Of a stretch of 32,000 nucleotides of DNA, positions 9,558 to 17,733 are shown one piece after another. Location: assembly GCF_000400465.1 (NCBI RefSeq), contig NW_008806280.1:330001-362000 (forward strand). The letters are read 5' to 3'. Numbering within the stretch: the first letter of the stretch is position 1; each line of letters starts with the position of its first letter. Origin of the DNA: Wallemia ichthyophaga EXF-994. Taxonomy: Eukaryota > Fungi > Basidiomycota. The notes beneath the pieces were generated by a model. The model saw only the letters and a program-made list of their open reading frames with translations. It searched no databases and was not told the origin of the DNA. The translations under genes were made by a program, and so were the position numbers.

Positions 9558-11108
9558 CTAACTCGGTTTGGTGTTCAGAAGCGATAGAAGAGGATTGGAA
9601 GCCTGGTGGTGTGAGGGCGAGGCAGTCTGAGTAGCCTCTGCAGCCTGTTGGGGAGAGAGAAGAGAGAGAAGGCTTTGTTTGTGGTTGGGATCGTTTTTAT
9701 GGAGGTAGGAGGGGTGTGAGTGGGTGTTATTCACGCTATTCACGTTGTTAACATTTCGAGCACCATTCATACCTTGCAAGGGCTGCAAACTCTCCAACAA
9801 AGTCTGCTGCAAGTTTTGTGGTGGCTGAGTGTTGGTTATTCCCGAAGGAGGATGCATGATGGTAGACAGTTGGGAGTGGGAGTGCATCTTGGTCAAGTCG
9901 TGTGAGAGATGTGAGGACAAGTTGTTGACATTGTGTTGAATGTTGTGATGTGAGGGTGTGTTGGGTGTGTTGCCCGTGTTGCCCCGATGATCCAAACCCA
10001 TCTGCCTCTGCATGTCCATATCACCGACATGATCACCTTCACCCAAAACAAAATTGATTGGTACATTTGTGCTGGCGTTGGAGGGAAGTGAGGGGAGTGG
10101 AGGATTGCTCTGTACTGGAGGCATCTTGGGTGGCATGAGTGGGGGTGGGAAGGGTTGAAGGTTGGGTAAGGGAGCAGTGGAAGGAGTGGAGTTGGAGTTG
10201 TGGGTGGATTTGGGAGAATGCTGTAGAATCTGTAGTGGAGAGGAACCATTGTGTGCGTGTATGTCACCAGGTGCGGGCGTGCATTGAGAGAATAACCTGT
10301 CTACATGGGATAGTGAGACATTTGAAGTGGATAGTTTTGAGAAGAGGGAGTCGATGGGGTTGGACGTGGGCTCGTTGTCAGGGGAGAGTAAGGCGTTTGA
10401 ATTTGGTTTATGTCGCTTGATGAAAGATTTCAATCGACCGATAAAAGGGGTAATGAGGTAGAATTTAGATGAGGAGAGCTGTTTTGAATTCCTCTTCCAA
10501 GACGGCAGATCAGTAAGTTTAAACCACTCGATTTTAGAAATTTCCTTCCTTGTTTGAGTTTTGAAGGGGGTGTCCATAGGTACGTTTTGGATGATATACA
10601 GTCTGATTTTCTGGTCTTTGATGGCTACGTCAATGTAGTCAGTGTGTACGAGGCGAGTGGAGCAATCGAAGCCAGTTTCCTCGAGCACCTCCCTCACAGC
10701 ACATAGGTGGTGTGCTTCATCGAGGTTGATCTTACCCTTAGGGAAAGACCAGGCGGAGGATTGTTTCCAGCCCTTGACGAGGAGGCAGTGGGAGAGTTGT
10801 TGGTTGAGAATGATGGCCCCACACACGGGTACTCGTGTCTTGTAGCGGATGAAATCGGCGAAAGCTTTCTCGTGTCGATGGGATTGCTTGGAGAGGATTG
10901 GGCAGTGTTTGAAGAATTGCTGAGAGAATTGTTTGAGGTGGAAAGAGGGAAGTGAGGGCTCTAGCTCCCTAATGAAGTCCTCGTAATACCAATGGGCAGC
11001 TTCGACTTGGAAGCATAGCCGTTCAAGCGATTGCTGCTCTTGGACCGGCAGATTTATAATAAATTTTGTACTCAAATTGAGAAATATTTCATCCATCTTG
11101 GTTGTCAT
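9558..11108 (-). CDS. DCP2: mRNA decapping enzyme Dcp2
   Basis: BoxA (KFIINLP...LCFQVEAAHWYYEDF), Nudix box GKINLDEAHHLCAVREVLEETG, and a disordered tail with short leucine-rich helical motifs (LLESL, LLSLL). Confidence 0.95.
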   Translation of the reverse strand: MTTKMDEIFLNLSTKFIINLPVQEQQSLERLCFQVEAAHWYYEDFIRELEPSLPSFHLKQFSQQFFKHCPILSKQSHRHEKAFADFIRYKTRVPVCGAIILNQQLSHCLLVKGWKQSSAWSFPKGKINLDEAHHLCAVREVLEETGFDCSTRLVHTDYIDVAIKDQKIRLYIIQNVPMDTPFKTQTRKEISKIEWFKLTDLPSWKRNSKQLSSSKFYLITPFIGRLKSFIKRHKPNSNALLSPDNEPTSNPIDSLFSKLSTSNVSLSHVDRLFSQCTPAPGDIHAHNGSSPLQILQHSPKSTHNSNSTPSTAPLPNLQPFPPPLMPPKMPPVQSNPPLPSLPSNASTNVPINFVLGEGDHVGDMDMQRQMGLDHRGNTGNTPNTPSHHNIQHNVNNLSSHLSHDLTKMHSHSQLSTIMHPPSGITNTQPPQNLQQTLLESLQPLQGMNGARNVNNVNSVNNTHSHPSYLHKNDPNHKQSLLSLLSPQQAAEATQTASPSHHQASNPLLSLLNTKPS

Positions 11109-11124
11109 TTACACACCACCGACC

Positions 11125-11706
11125 ATGTCGAGCCTAACGCGTATAAGGAAGAATTATTTGAACAGTCTCTATAAAAATTTATTATCCAATCAAAACCTCT
11201 TGTTCTACCAGTTTAATAATTTCAATGTTTCTCAGTTGAGTGGGTTGAGGGGGGTTATAGACAGCGAGACGAATGGGAAGGCTTCGTTGACCGTAATCAG
11301 ATCGGGTGTATTTAGAGGATTATCCAGCGACCCGAACCTTAAGCAGCTCCTCACTGGCAACTGCTGCGTTGTGTCTTTCACCCATATAGACCCTCCAACC
11401 ATCAAATCCATTTTGCAGAAAACAGATTCAATCAAGTCCAATAGCAGGTTTAGACCGCTTCCCTTGTCCATCCAAAACACAGACACCATCCCCGCCAACC
11501 CAAAGATGCTCCTTCTTGGCGGTCACATCGGCAACGCCACCGTTGACCCATTCCACATCAGACACCTCGCTAACCTCCCTTCTTTGCCTCAAATACACTC
11601 CCAAATCCATTCCATCATATCAAACCCATCCGCCTCTATCCACTCACACATCTCCAACCCCTCCTCCCGCTTACACTCCCTCTTAAAATCCCATTCTCAG
11701 CAATAG
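11125..11706 (+). CDS. MRPL11: Mitochondrial ribosomal protein uL10m (Mrpl11-like)
   Basis: RKNYLNSLYKNLL..LLFYQFNNF, LTVIRSGVF, LLTGNCCVV, LLLGGHI..IRHLANLPSLPQIHSQI match the L10 pattern. Confidence 0.8.
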   Translation: MSSLTRIRKNYLNSLYKNLLSNQNLLFYQFNNFNVSQLSGLRGVIDSETNGKASLTVIRSGVFRGLSSDPNLKQLLTGNCCVVSFTHIDPPTIKSILQKTDSIKSNSRFRPLPLSIQNTDTIPANPKMLLLGGHIGNATVDPFHIRHLANLPSLPQIHSQIHSIISNPSASIHSHISNPSSRLHSLLKSHSQQ

Positions 11707-11856
11707 ATGTCTCATAAAATTTTCATCTTCGTTATTTCCTTATTTGTGCGGCGTGCGTGTGTGTTGTTGTGTGTGTCTGTGTAAGCGCCCACTCTCACCT
11801 CCTTCTACTCACCCATCTCTATTCCATCTCCTCCCTCTTCTCAACCACCATCATCA

Positions 11857-13572
11857 ATGACAACGCCTTCCAATCAAATTACTGAGTTTGTTGAGAGATA
11901 CAACGCTGCACAAGGCCAGGAACACTCACAAACACAATCCCATCCGCCCCACCAATCCCCCGCCATCAATCTCGCTCAACAACTCAAATCCCACTCCACG
12001 CAGCACCCACTAACAGATGCAGACGTTGCCTATCTATCCGCACAGCTCCACCCACTCCACCATCCTGGCGTATTCATGTACACCACCACCCTCTACACGC
12101 GACAGCTATTGAGTGACCTAGCAAACACACAAGGCACAAACACACATACCAACACTTCAATCGCCAGCCAATACCATTCCTCGCAGCACCACGCCCACAA
12201 CACTCCCACCGCCCATCTGCGAGTATGGGCTGAGGTAGTCGTAGAGCTATCTGAGCAGCTGCATGCACTGGCCAAGTTAATCGGCAGTGTAAAGTCGTCT
12301 CTACCCGCCCTCCACTCTCTCCTGTACTCCCTAACCGGTGGTGCGGTTAACGAGCTAACGGGTGTACACCGCGTATTTACGCAGGCGTGCATCGATGCAC
12401 ATATGCCGACGTACGCGATAGGAGTGGTGGAAGGTGCTTTGGCGCTGAGTAGCAGCAGCAGCAGCAGCAATTGCAGTCTCGAGATACCCTCATACACCCC
12501 TCTCACTTGCAACGACGCACTAGCGTTCCTCGCCAACGCTGCAACGGCGCTGCTCATGCTGGGGCGATTCGAACAGGCCCTGTTTGCTCTACAAATGGTC
12601 CTCGCTATGCCATTATCAACGTCATCGTCTTCAGCTGCCCCTTCTACTTGCTCTTCCTCTTGCATCCCGCCAGCCTTGCTCGACGCTGCCAAGCGCTCCC
12701 TCCTCACACAGCTCATTGTATACGGTACCATCACCCCCTTCCCCAAACACTGCGGTGGGGTTGAGCGCGCACTCAAGAAAACTGCACCCGCTTTTCACTC
12801 CCTCCTCGAAATCAGCATTGGCGAGAGAGACAAAGAGAGAGATTCCTTGGCGCAATCGCAGTCGCAATTGCAGTCGCAGTCGCAGTCACTCTCGCAGCCA
12901 CACACGCTCTCGTTCAACTCCCGCTCTCACACTACCATGCTGTATCTGGAGGTATTACGCAAGAACAGCACGGCTTTTGCGTCGGAGGGGGGTGTGAGTG
13001 AGGCTGCGAACGAGACTGAAGCGGCGCACCTCGCCAGACTCGCCCAAGATAGCCTGTGGGCGTCACTCGTCGCCTGCTACGCGGACGTGTACTCGTCTAT
13101 CCCCGTCGCCCATCTCGCAGCTGAGCTGGGTGAGTACGGTGAGCACGCGCACATCAGAGAAGACACGCACACGGACACACACCCACACTCACACACGTCC
13201 TCCCTCTCCCCCTTCCTCCAACGCATCGCGTCCGCCATCGCCCTCGGCAGGGTGCAGGCGCGCATCGACGGCGTTGCCCAGGTTGTGCATTTCGACGTGG
13301 GCGAGAAGAGTGAGACAAATACAAAGTCAGACGAGAAACTTGTCGGATCTCGCCTCGAATCAGCCATCAAACACTCTCTTATTGCCCAGCAACACGTGCT
13401 TGCGCTCGACCGCCACCTCGCTCTCCACCCTCTCTTTGTCAAGCATCACATAGCCAAGACTGAGCAGGGCGAGCGGCGAAGGAGGGACAAGGAGGGCGAC
13501 GAGGATGGCGAGCAGGAAAACGAAAAGGACAAAGATAGCGACGAAATGGTGCTGAGTGAAGGCGATGAGTAG
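11857..13572 (+). CDS. CSN3: COP9 signalosome subunit 3-like PCI protein
   Basis: LTGVHRVFTQACI (cf. LTSIHADLCQLCL), LLDAAKRSLLTQLIVYG (cf. MLEAYKKYILVSLILHG) and PCI winged helix YSSIPVAHLA...GRVQARID. Many low-complexity inserts. Confidence 0.75.
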   Translation: MTTPSNQITEFVERYNAAQGQEHSQTQSHPPHQSPAINLAQQLKSHSTQHPLTDADVAYLSAQLHPLHHPGVFMYTTTLYTRQLLSDLANTQGTNTHTNTSIASQYHSSQHHAHNTPTAHLRVWAEVVVELSEQLHALAKLIGSVKSSLPALHSLLYSLTGGAVNELTGVHRVFTQACIDAHMPTYAIGVVEGALALSSSSSSSNCSLEIPSYTPLTCNDALAFLANAATALLMLGRFEQALFALQMVLAMPLSTSSSSAAPSTCSSSCIPPALLDAAKRSLLTQLIVYGTITPFPKHCGGVERALKKTAPAFHSLLEISIGERDKERDSLAQSQSQLQSQSQSLSQPHTLSFNSRSHTTMLYLEVLRKNSTAFASEGGVSEAANETEAAHLARLAQDSLWASLVACYADVYSSIPVAHLAAELGEYGEHAHIREDTHTDTHPHSHTSSLSPFLQRIASAIALGRVQARIDGVAQVVHFDVGEKSETNTKSDEKLVGSRLESAIKHSLIAQQHVLALDRHLALHPLFVKHHIAKTEQGERRRRDKEGDEDGEQENEKDKDSDEMVLSEGDE

Positions 13573-13633
13573 AATGCACAATACACGGTCGACGGTCGTA
13601 CAAGTACACAACTTTATATTCATACATGTTTAA

Positions 13634-14509
13634 TCAAGTCTCCAACGCCAGCCTAGCCATGCTGTCGAGGACGCCGTCCACATTGAGCAGCGCCTCGCCC
13701 TTGGCCCTCCAATGTGCGTATACGTGGGGGATGTCGAACCAGGGCGTGGCAGTGTCAGCGTGTGGATCTACGCTGCGCACGTGTGTGTATGTCGACAGAT
13801 AGTGGCTGACGTTATTGCTCCCTCGTATATCGTCGAGCACGCCGAGAAGCGCGACGAGCATGCTGTCGGTGCTGCTCCCATCCCATGTCGACACCTGCAG
13901 CAAGTTCCACGGCTGGAACGCTGCCTTCTCGGCACTGTCGTCGACGAGGATGGTGTTGTACTGCGAGTACTGAGGGTGCTCTGCGTCTGCGTCTGAGCCA
14001 TCTGCCTCACTCCCATGCCACACCAACTCGAGATCCTTATACGTCTGCACCTTATTCTTGTAGTCGCGCGCGGACATGGACATATCCTCGCGTGTGTAGA
14101 CGGCCTTGAGGTGTTGTCTGTGGGTTGCGTTGAATGCACTGTCGACATACCGCGCCACGTTATGGCGCATCGCCGAGCTATAAACCATCACGTCAAACTG
14201 CCCGCGATGGTGGTCGAATAGCATTTTCTGGAGCTGGGCGAGGTGTGGGCGCTGCTTGTCGTTGCGCGATTTAGTCGCTATCAATGTGCCATTAAGATCG
14301 AATACGATGAGCTGCCTGCGTTTTTTCACTTGTGTCACTTGCGTGCGGGCCACGCGCTCTATGTAGCCGCTGCTGGGGCGCGGTGGTGGGAGCATCTCTG
14401 CGAGAACGACAAGTAGAAGGAGAAAAGAAATATCGCGATTAATGGACAAAGGCGCTAAAGTTGGTATAGGGCTGGGCGTGGGTGCGGGAGTGCTCGTCGT
14501 GCTCTCCAC
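13634..14509 (-). CDS. HAD-superfamily NIF/FCP1-like phosphatase (DLNGT variant)
   Basis: LIVFDLNGTL, RPHL, VMVYSSAMRHNV, KDLELVW and NTILVDDSAEKAAFQPWN. The true start is uncertain. Confidence 0.85.
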   Translation of the reverse strand: MESTTSTPAPTPSPIPTLAPLSINRDISFLLLLVVLAEMLPPPRPSSGYIERVARTQVTQVKKRRQLIVFDLNGTLIATKSRNDKQRPHLAQLQKMLFDHHRGQFDVMVYSSAMRHNVARYVDSAFNATHRQHLKAVYTREDMSMSARDYKNKVQTYKDLELVWHGSEADGSDADAEHPQYSQYNTILVDDSAEKAAFQPWNLLQVSTWDGSSTDSMLVALLGVLDDIRGSNNVSHYLSTYTHVRSVDPHADTATPWFDIPHVYAHWRAKGEALLNVDGVLDSMARLALET

Positions 14510-14604
14510 CCTCCTCTACTTGGCTTGGAAGAGAGACATCTATGCGAGAGCTACAGCTCACCGCGCAGAACATCTGGATGCAGTGGGGTTCTAGAACTAC
14601 CGCT

Positions 14605-14634
14605 TTCTTGGATTTTCTTGGATTTTCTTGGATT
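14605..14634. repeat. Perfect 10-bp triple tandem repeat (TTCTTGGATT)x3 in a divergent intergenic region
   Basis: Seen directly. Confidence 0.9.
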
Positions 14635-14859
14635 TTACTTGAATTCACCGCCCAAGATGAGCCCATTTGTTAACGCCCTGACAACCCCACGGCTAACCCC
14701 TGTCACAGACGTCACAACTGTCAAAACGTCGTACACATTCCCCGTCACAGTCACATCGGCGTTCCTTTAATTTAACTCTATTTTCTCTACATTTTTGCTG
14801 GAAAATCCCCCGACAGCCGTCAATTACATCAATATCTTTGGCCGGGCTAGACAGATGCA

Positions 14860-15486
14860 GTGGAATATAAAATGCAGTCTGAGTGTCTTCTTGCTTCAGT
14901 ACCCAGCAAATCACACAACTGCTCACAAATCGCCATGATAAACCCTCGCAACTTTATCTCAAACCATGCAAGACATTCCTCCAAACTCGACGACCTCCTC
15001 GACGAGGATCCATTCTCGAGCTTCGCAGAATTCCCGTCTCCGCCTCCTCGCGACGATGGACCACTGCGCCGCCAACTAAGCAAAGCCATCAGACAGTCAC
15101 TCCAGATCAGCAACTCACCGAGGACACCTGCAATGACATATAGCGAGAGTGAGGTGGGCGAGTGTGAGAGTGAGAGCGAGGAGAGCGATAATCAGGTTAT
15201 ACACTCGCGCACATGCAGTCCTACAGACTCAGAATTCAGTATGGATACTAGCAGCAGCAGTAGCTCATACTCATATTCGCTCAACGACCACCGCGATTAT
15301 CGCCCTATGACACCACCTCGCATCTCTAGTCTTGATTTCAACGCAAACACCAAGACATCGAAACCTCAGAAGCAACTGCTCAGCCCACTGAATATAACGT
15401 CGGATACTCGCAGGCCGGTTAGTCCGACCAAGGAGAAACTATCGCATGTCTCCAAGTCGCTCTTGTCCTTTATGGGAATGTTGTAG
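14860..15486 (+). CDS. Hypothetical Ser-rich disordered protein
   Basis: 208-codon ORF with an acidic/Ser tract and TP/SP motifs (RPMTPPR, RPVSPTK). The start may be a downstream Met. Confidence 0.6.
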   Translation: MEYKMQSECLLASVPSKSHNCSQIAMINPRNFISNHARHSSKLDDLLDEDPFSSFAEFPSPPPRDDGPLRRQLSKAIRQSLQISNSPRTPAMTYSESEVGECESESEESDNQVIHSRTCSPTDSEFSMDTSSSSSSYSYSLNDHRDYRPMTPPRISSLDFNANTKTSKPQKQLLSPLNITSDTRRPVSPTKEKLSHVSKSLLSFMGML

Positions 15487-15684
15487 GGCATTTGCGCACT
15501 TGCTCACTCATTCACCTTGTACTCTGGTCTTTTACTCGCAATACTCACCACGTTGATCGCATATCGCTAGCACTTTCTATGTTATTATATCGCTTATCGC
15601 TTATCGCTCATATAAATTGAATCAAAATGTATTTATATTTTATGTTTTGCTTTTCCTTTTGCTTTCTTTAATTACAATCATCAG

Positions 15685-17064
15685 ATGAGGTACTCGGCTA
15701 TCACCAGCGCAGCAAACACACTAAAGAGAACACCGCTATTCGACTGGCACGTTAGCATAGGTGGTCAGATGGTTCCATTTGCAGGCTGGGCGATGCCATT
15801 GCAGTACAAGGGTGTTGGACAAGGTAGGTTAAGTTGTATGTGTTAGTTGTACCTCTAAACTCCATAATCCAAATCAGTCGATGCGCACCACCACACGCGT
15901 AACCACGCTGGTCTGTTCGATGTATCCCACATGCAGTGAGTTGGCAGGTTATCAGATGACGATGATGTCATGACGATTTATGCGAACCTAACCCTTTTCA
16001 GGCAGATAGTTATCAAACAATCACCACACACGCACTCTTCTTTCATCCACTCTATCCTCCCTATCGCCCACACGCAGCCACTGCACACTTCCGCCTACAG
16101 CCTCATCCTCACTGACACTGGCGCGATAATCGACGACTGCATACTCACTAAATGGCGCGACGACGAGTATTACCTGGTTACCAACGCCTCCCGCGCCCAC
16201 TGTGTGCGTGAGTGGCTCGAGGGGCACAAAATGGCGTACGAGAAGCGTGAAAGCACCTCGAGCAACTCGAGTAACTCTGTCGTCCTCAAATACCTCGAGT
16301 CTCACTCGCAGGCTCTGCTCGCACTGCAGGGTCCCAGCGCCGCTGCCGTACTCGAGAACCACTCCGATGTCTCACTCAAGGATCTCCATTTCGGCAGGGT
16401 GAAGCAACATCTCAGACTCAGCGGCGGTGCTGTTGTACATCTCGCTCGCAGCGGATACACGGGCGAGGATGGTTTTGAGGTGTCGGTCGAGCAGAGAGAT
16501 GCGGTGCAGGTGGCAGATATGCTTGCTGACACGGCCCCTACTATGCCCATAGGATTGGGCGCACGTGATAGTTTGCGTCTCGAGGCCGGTATGTGTCTCT
16601 ATGGTAATGATCTGTGGGAGGGTGAAAGTGAGGGTGCTACCACTCCTACCACTCCTGCTGCCCCTCATCCTCTCTCCGTCGGCGAGGCGGGCTTGGCGTG
16701 GACAATTGCTAAAGACAGACGAACACGCGAGCAGGAAACACTCTTCCCAGGCTGGGATAAAGTCGTACCATCGCTCAAAGTGGCTAATATGCAAATACGC
16801 CGCGTCGGTCTGGTGATTGAAAAGGGCGCGGCTGCTCGTAGCAACTCGATCATTGAAGATGCTCATTCAGGTGCGTCCGTCGGCTGGGTGACTTCGGGCG
16901 CTCCTTCGCCAACTCTCAACCAGAATATCGCCATGGGATACGTATCCAAGGAGCTCTCCGCAGTGGGCACACCACTCGTCGTCAACGTCAGAGGCAGACA
17001 GCGCCGAGCGGAGGTGGTAAAAATGCCTTTCGTGGCTAGTAACTATTATCGTGGAAGTGAGTAG
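15685..17064 (+). CDS. GCV1: Glycine cleavage system T protein (aminomethyltransferase)
   Basis: Upstream exons give [35 protein letters not shown] and GLFDVSHM. Main exon has [32 protein letters not shown] and [10 protein letters not shown]. Confidence 0.97.
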
Positions 17065-17125
17065 GGTATATAATATGATAAGATATGTACAATTCGAGCG
17101 AAATCTATTCCAAACCTTAGCCACA

Positions 17126-17632
17126 TCATCCCCATGCGACTGATGTACTGTAATTAACTATGACGTGACCATCTGTACCGTAACATTTATAGAGATTTCC
17201 GATGCTGTCGTCTGGTGAAGGAGCAAAAGCTGAGTTGACGTAGCAGAAGACGGGACAATTAGAATTAGACAGTCCGCATTCTTTCCTGAGGAACTGAATA
17301 ACTGTAGAAAACTTATTTGAGTCTGATATCTTATAGAAATTCTGCTTCATTATCGGCGCTGCACCTATAGCTTTGAATCGTACAACCACCTTCCTGCCTT
17401 CTTTACGGCGATAAGCTTCTAATGCACGATGAGATGCTCCGATAACTCCATGCTCGTTATAGGCTGCCTCAATATCAGCGATATCATCAACGGCGCTGCG
17501 TTGGTTCTGCGTCGATGCAATTGACCGCGGCTGTGGACTTCCTATTGTGTCCAAGTTGGGTGAATTCTTAGGTGAGAATAAGGCCTCTGATGTTGGCAAT
17601 GGTGGCAGTGTTGGTGGCTCTCCGCCGCTCAT
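17126..17632 (-). CDS. ATG12: Ubiquitin-like autophagy protein Atg12
   Basis: VVVRFKAIGAAPIMKQ, VFCYVNSAFAPSPD and C-terminal NYSTSVAWG. First ATG at 17632. Confidence 0.95.
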   Translation of the reverse strand: MSGGEPPTLPPLPTSEALFSPKNSPNLDTIGSPQPRSIASTQNQRSAVDDIADIEAAYNEHGVIGASHRALEAYRRKEGRKVVVRFKAIGAAPIMKQNFYKISDSNKFSTVIQFLRKECGLSNSNCPVFCYVNSAFAPSPDDSIGNLYKCYGTDGHVIVNYSTSVAWG

Positions 17633-17733
17633 TAAGCTCTTGGTCGTTGGTGGAAGAGACGCAATTGAGGTAATCAGCACAATCAATAAACAAATAAGTC
17701 AAGACATTCAAATATTTACAAACAAGCTCCTGT

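Noticed and set aside
1-17632. Autophagy gene cluster (Atg17-like + ATG12)
   Set aside because: 16 kb apart with a dozen unrelated genes between them; chance co-location is sufficient.
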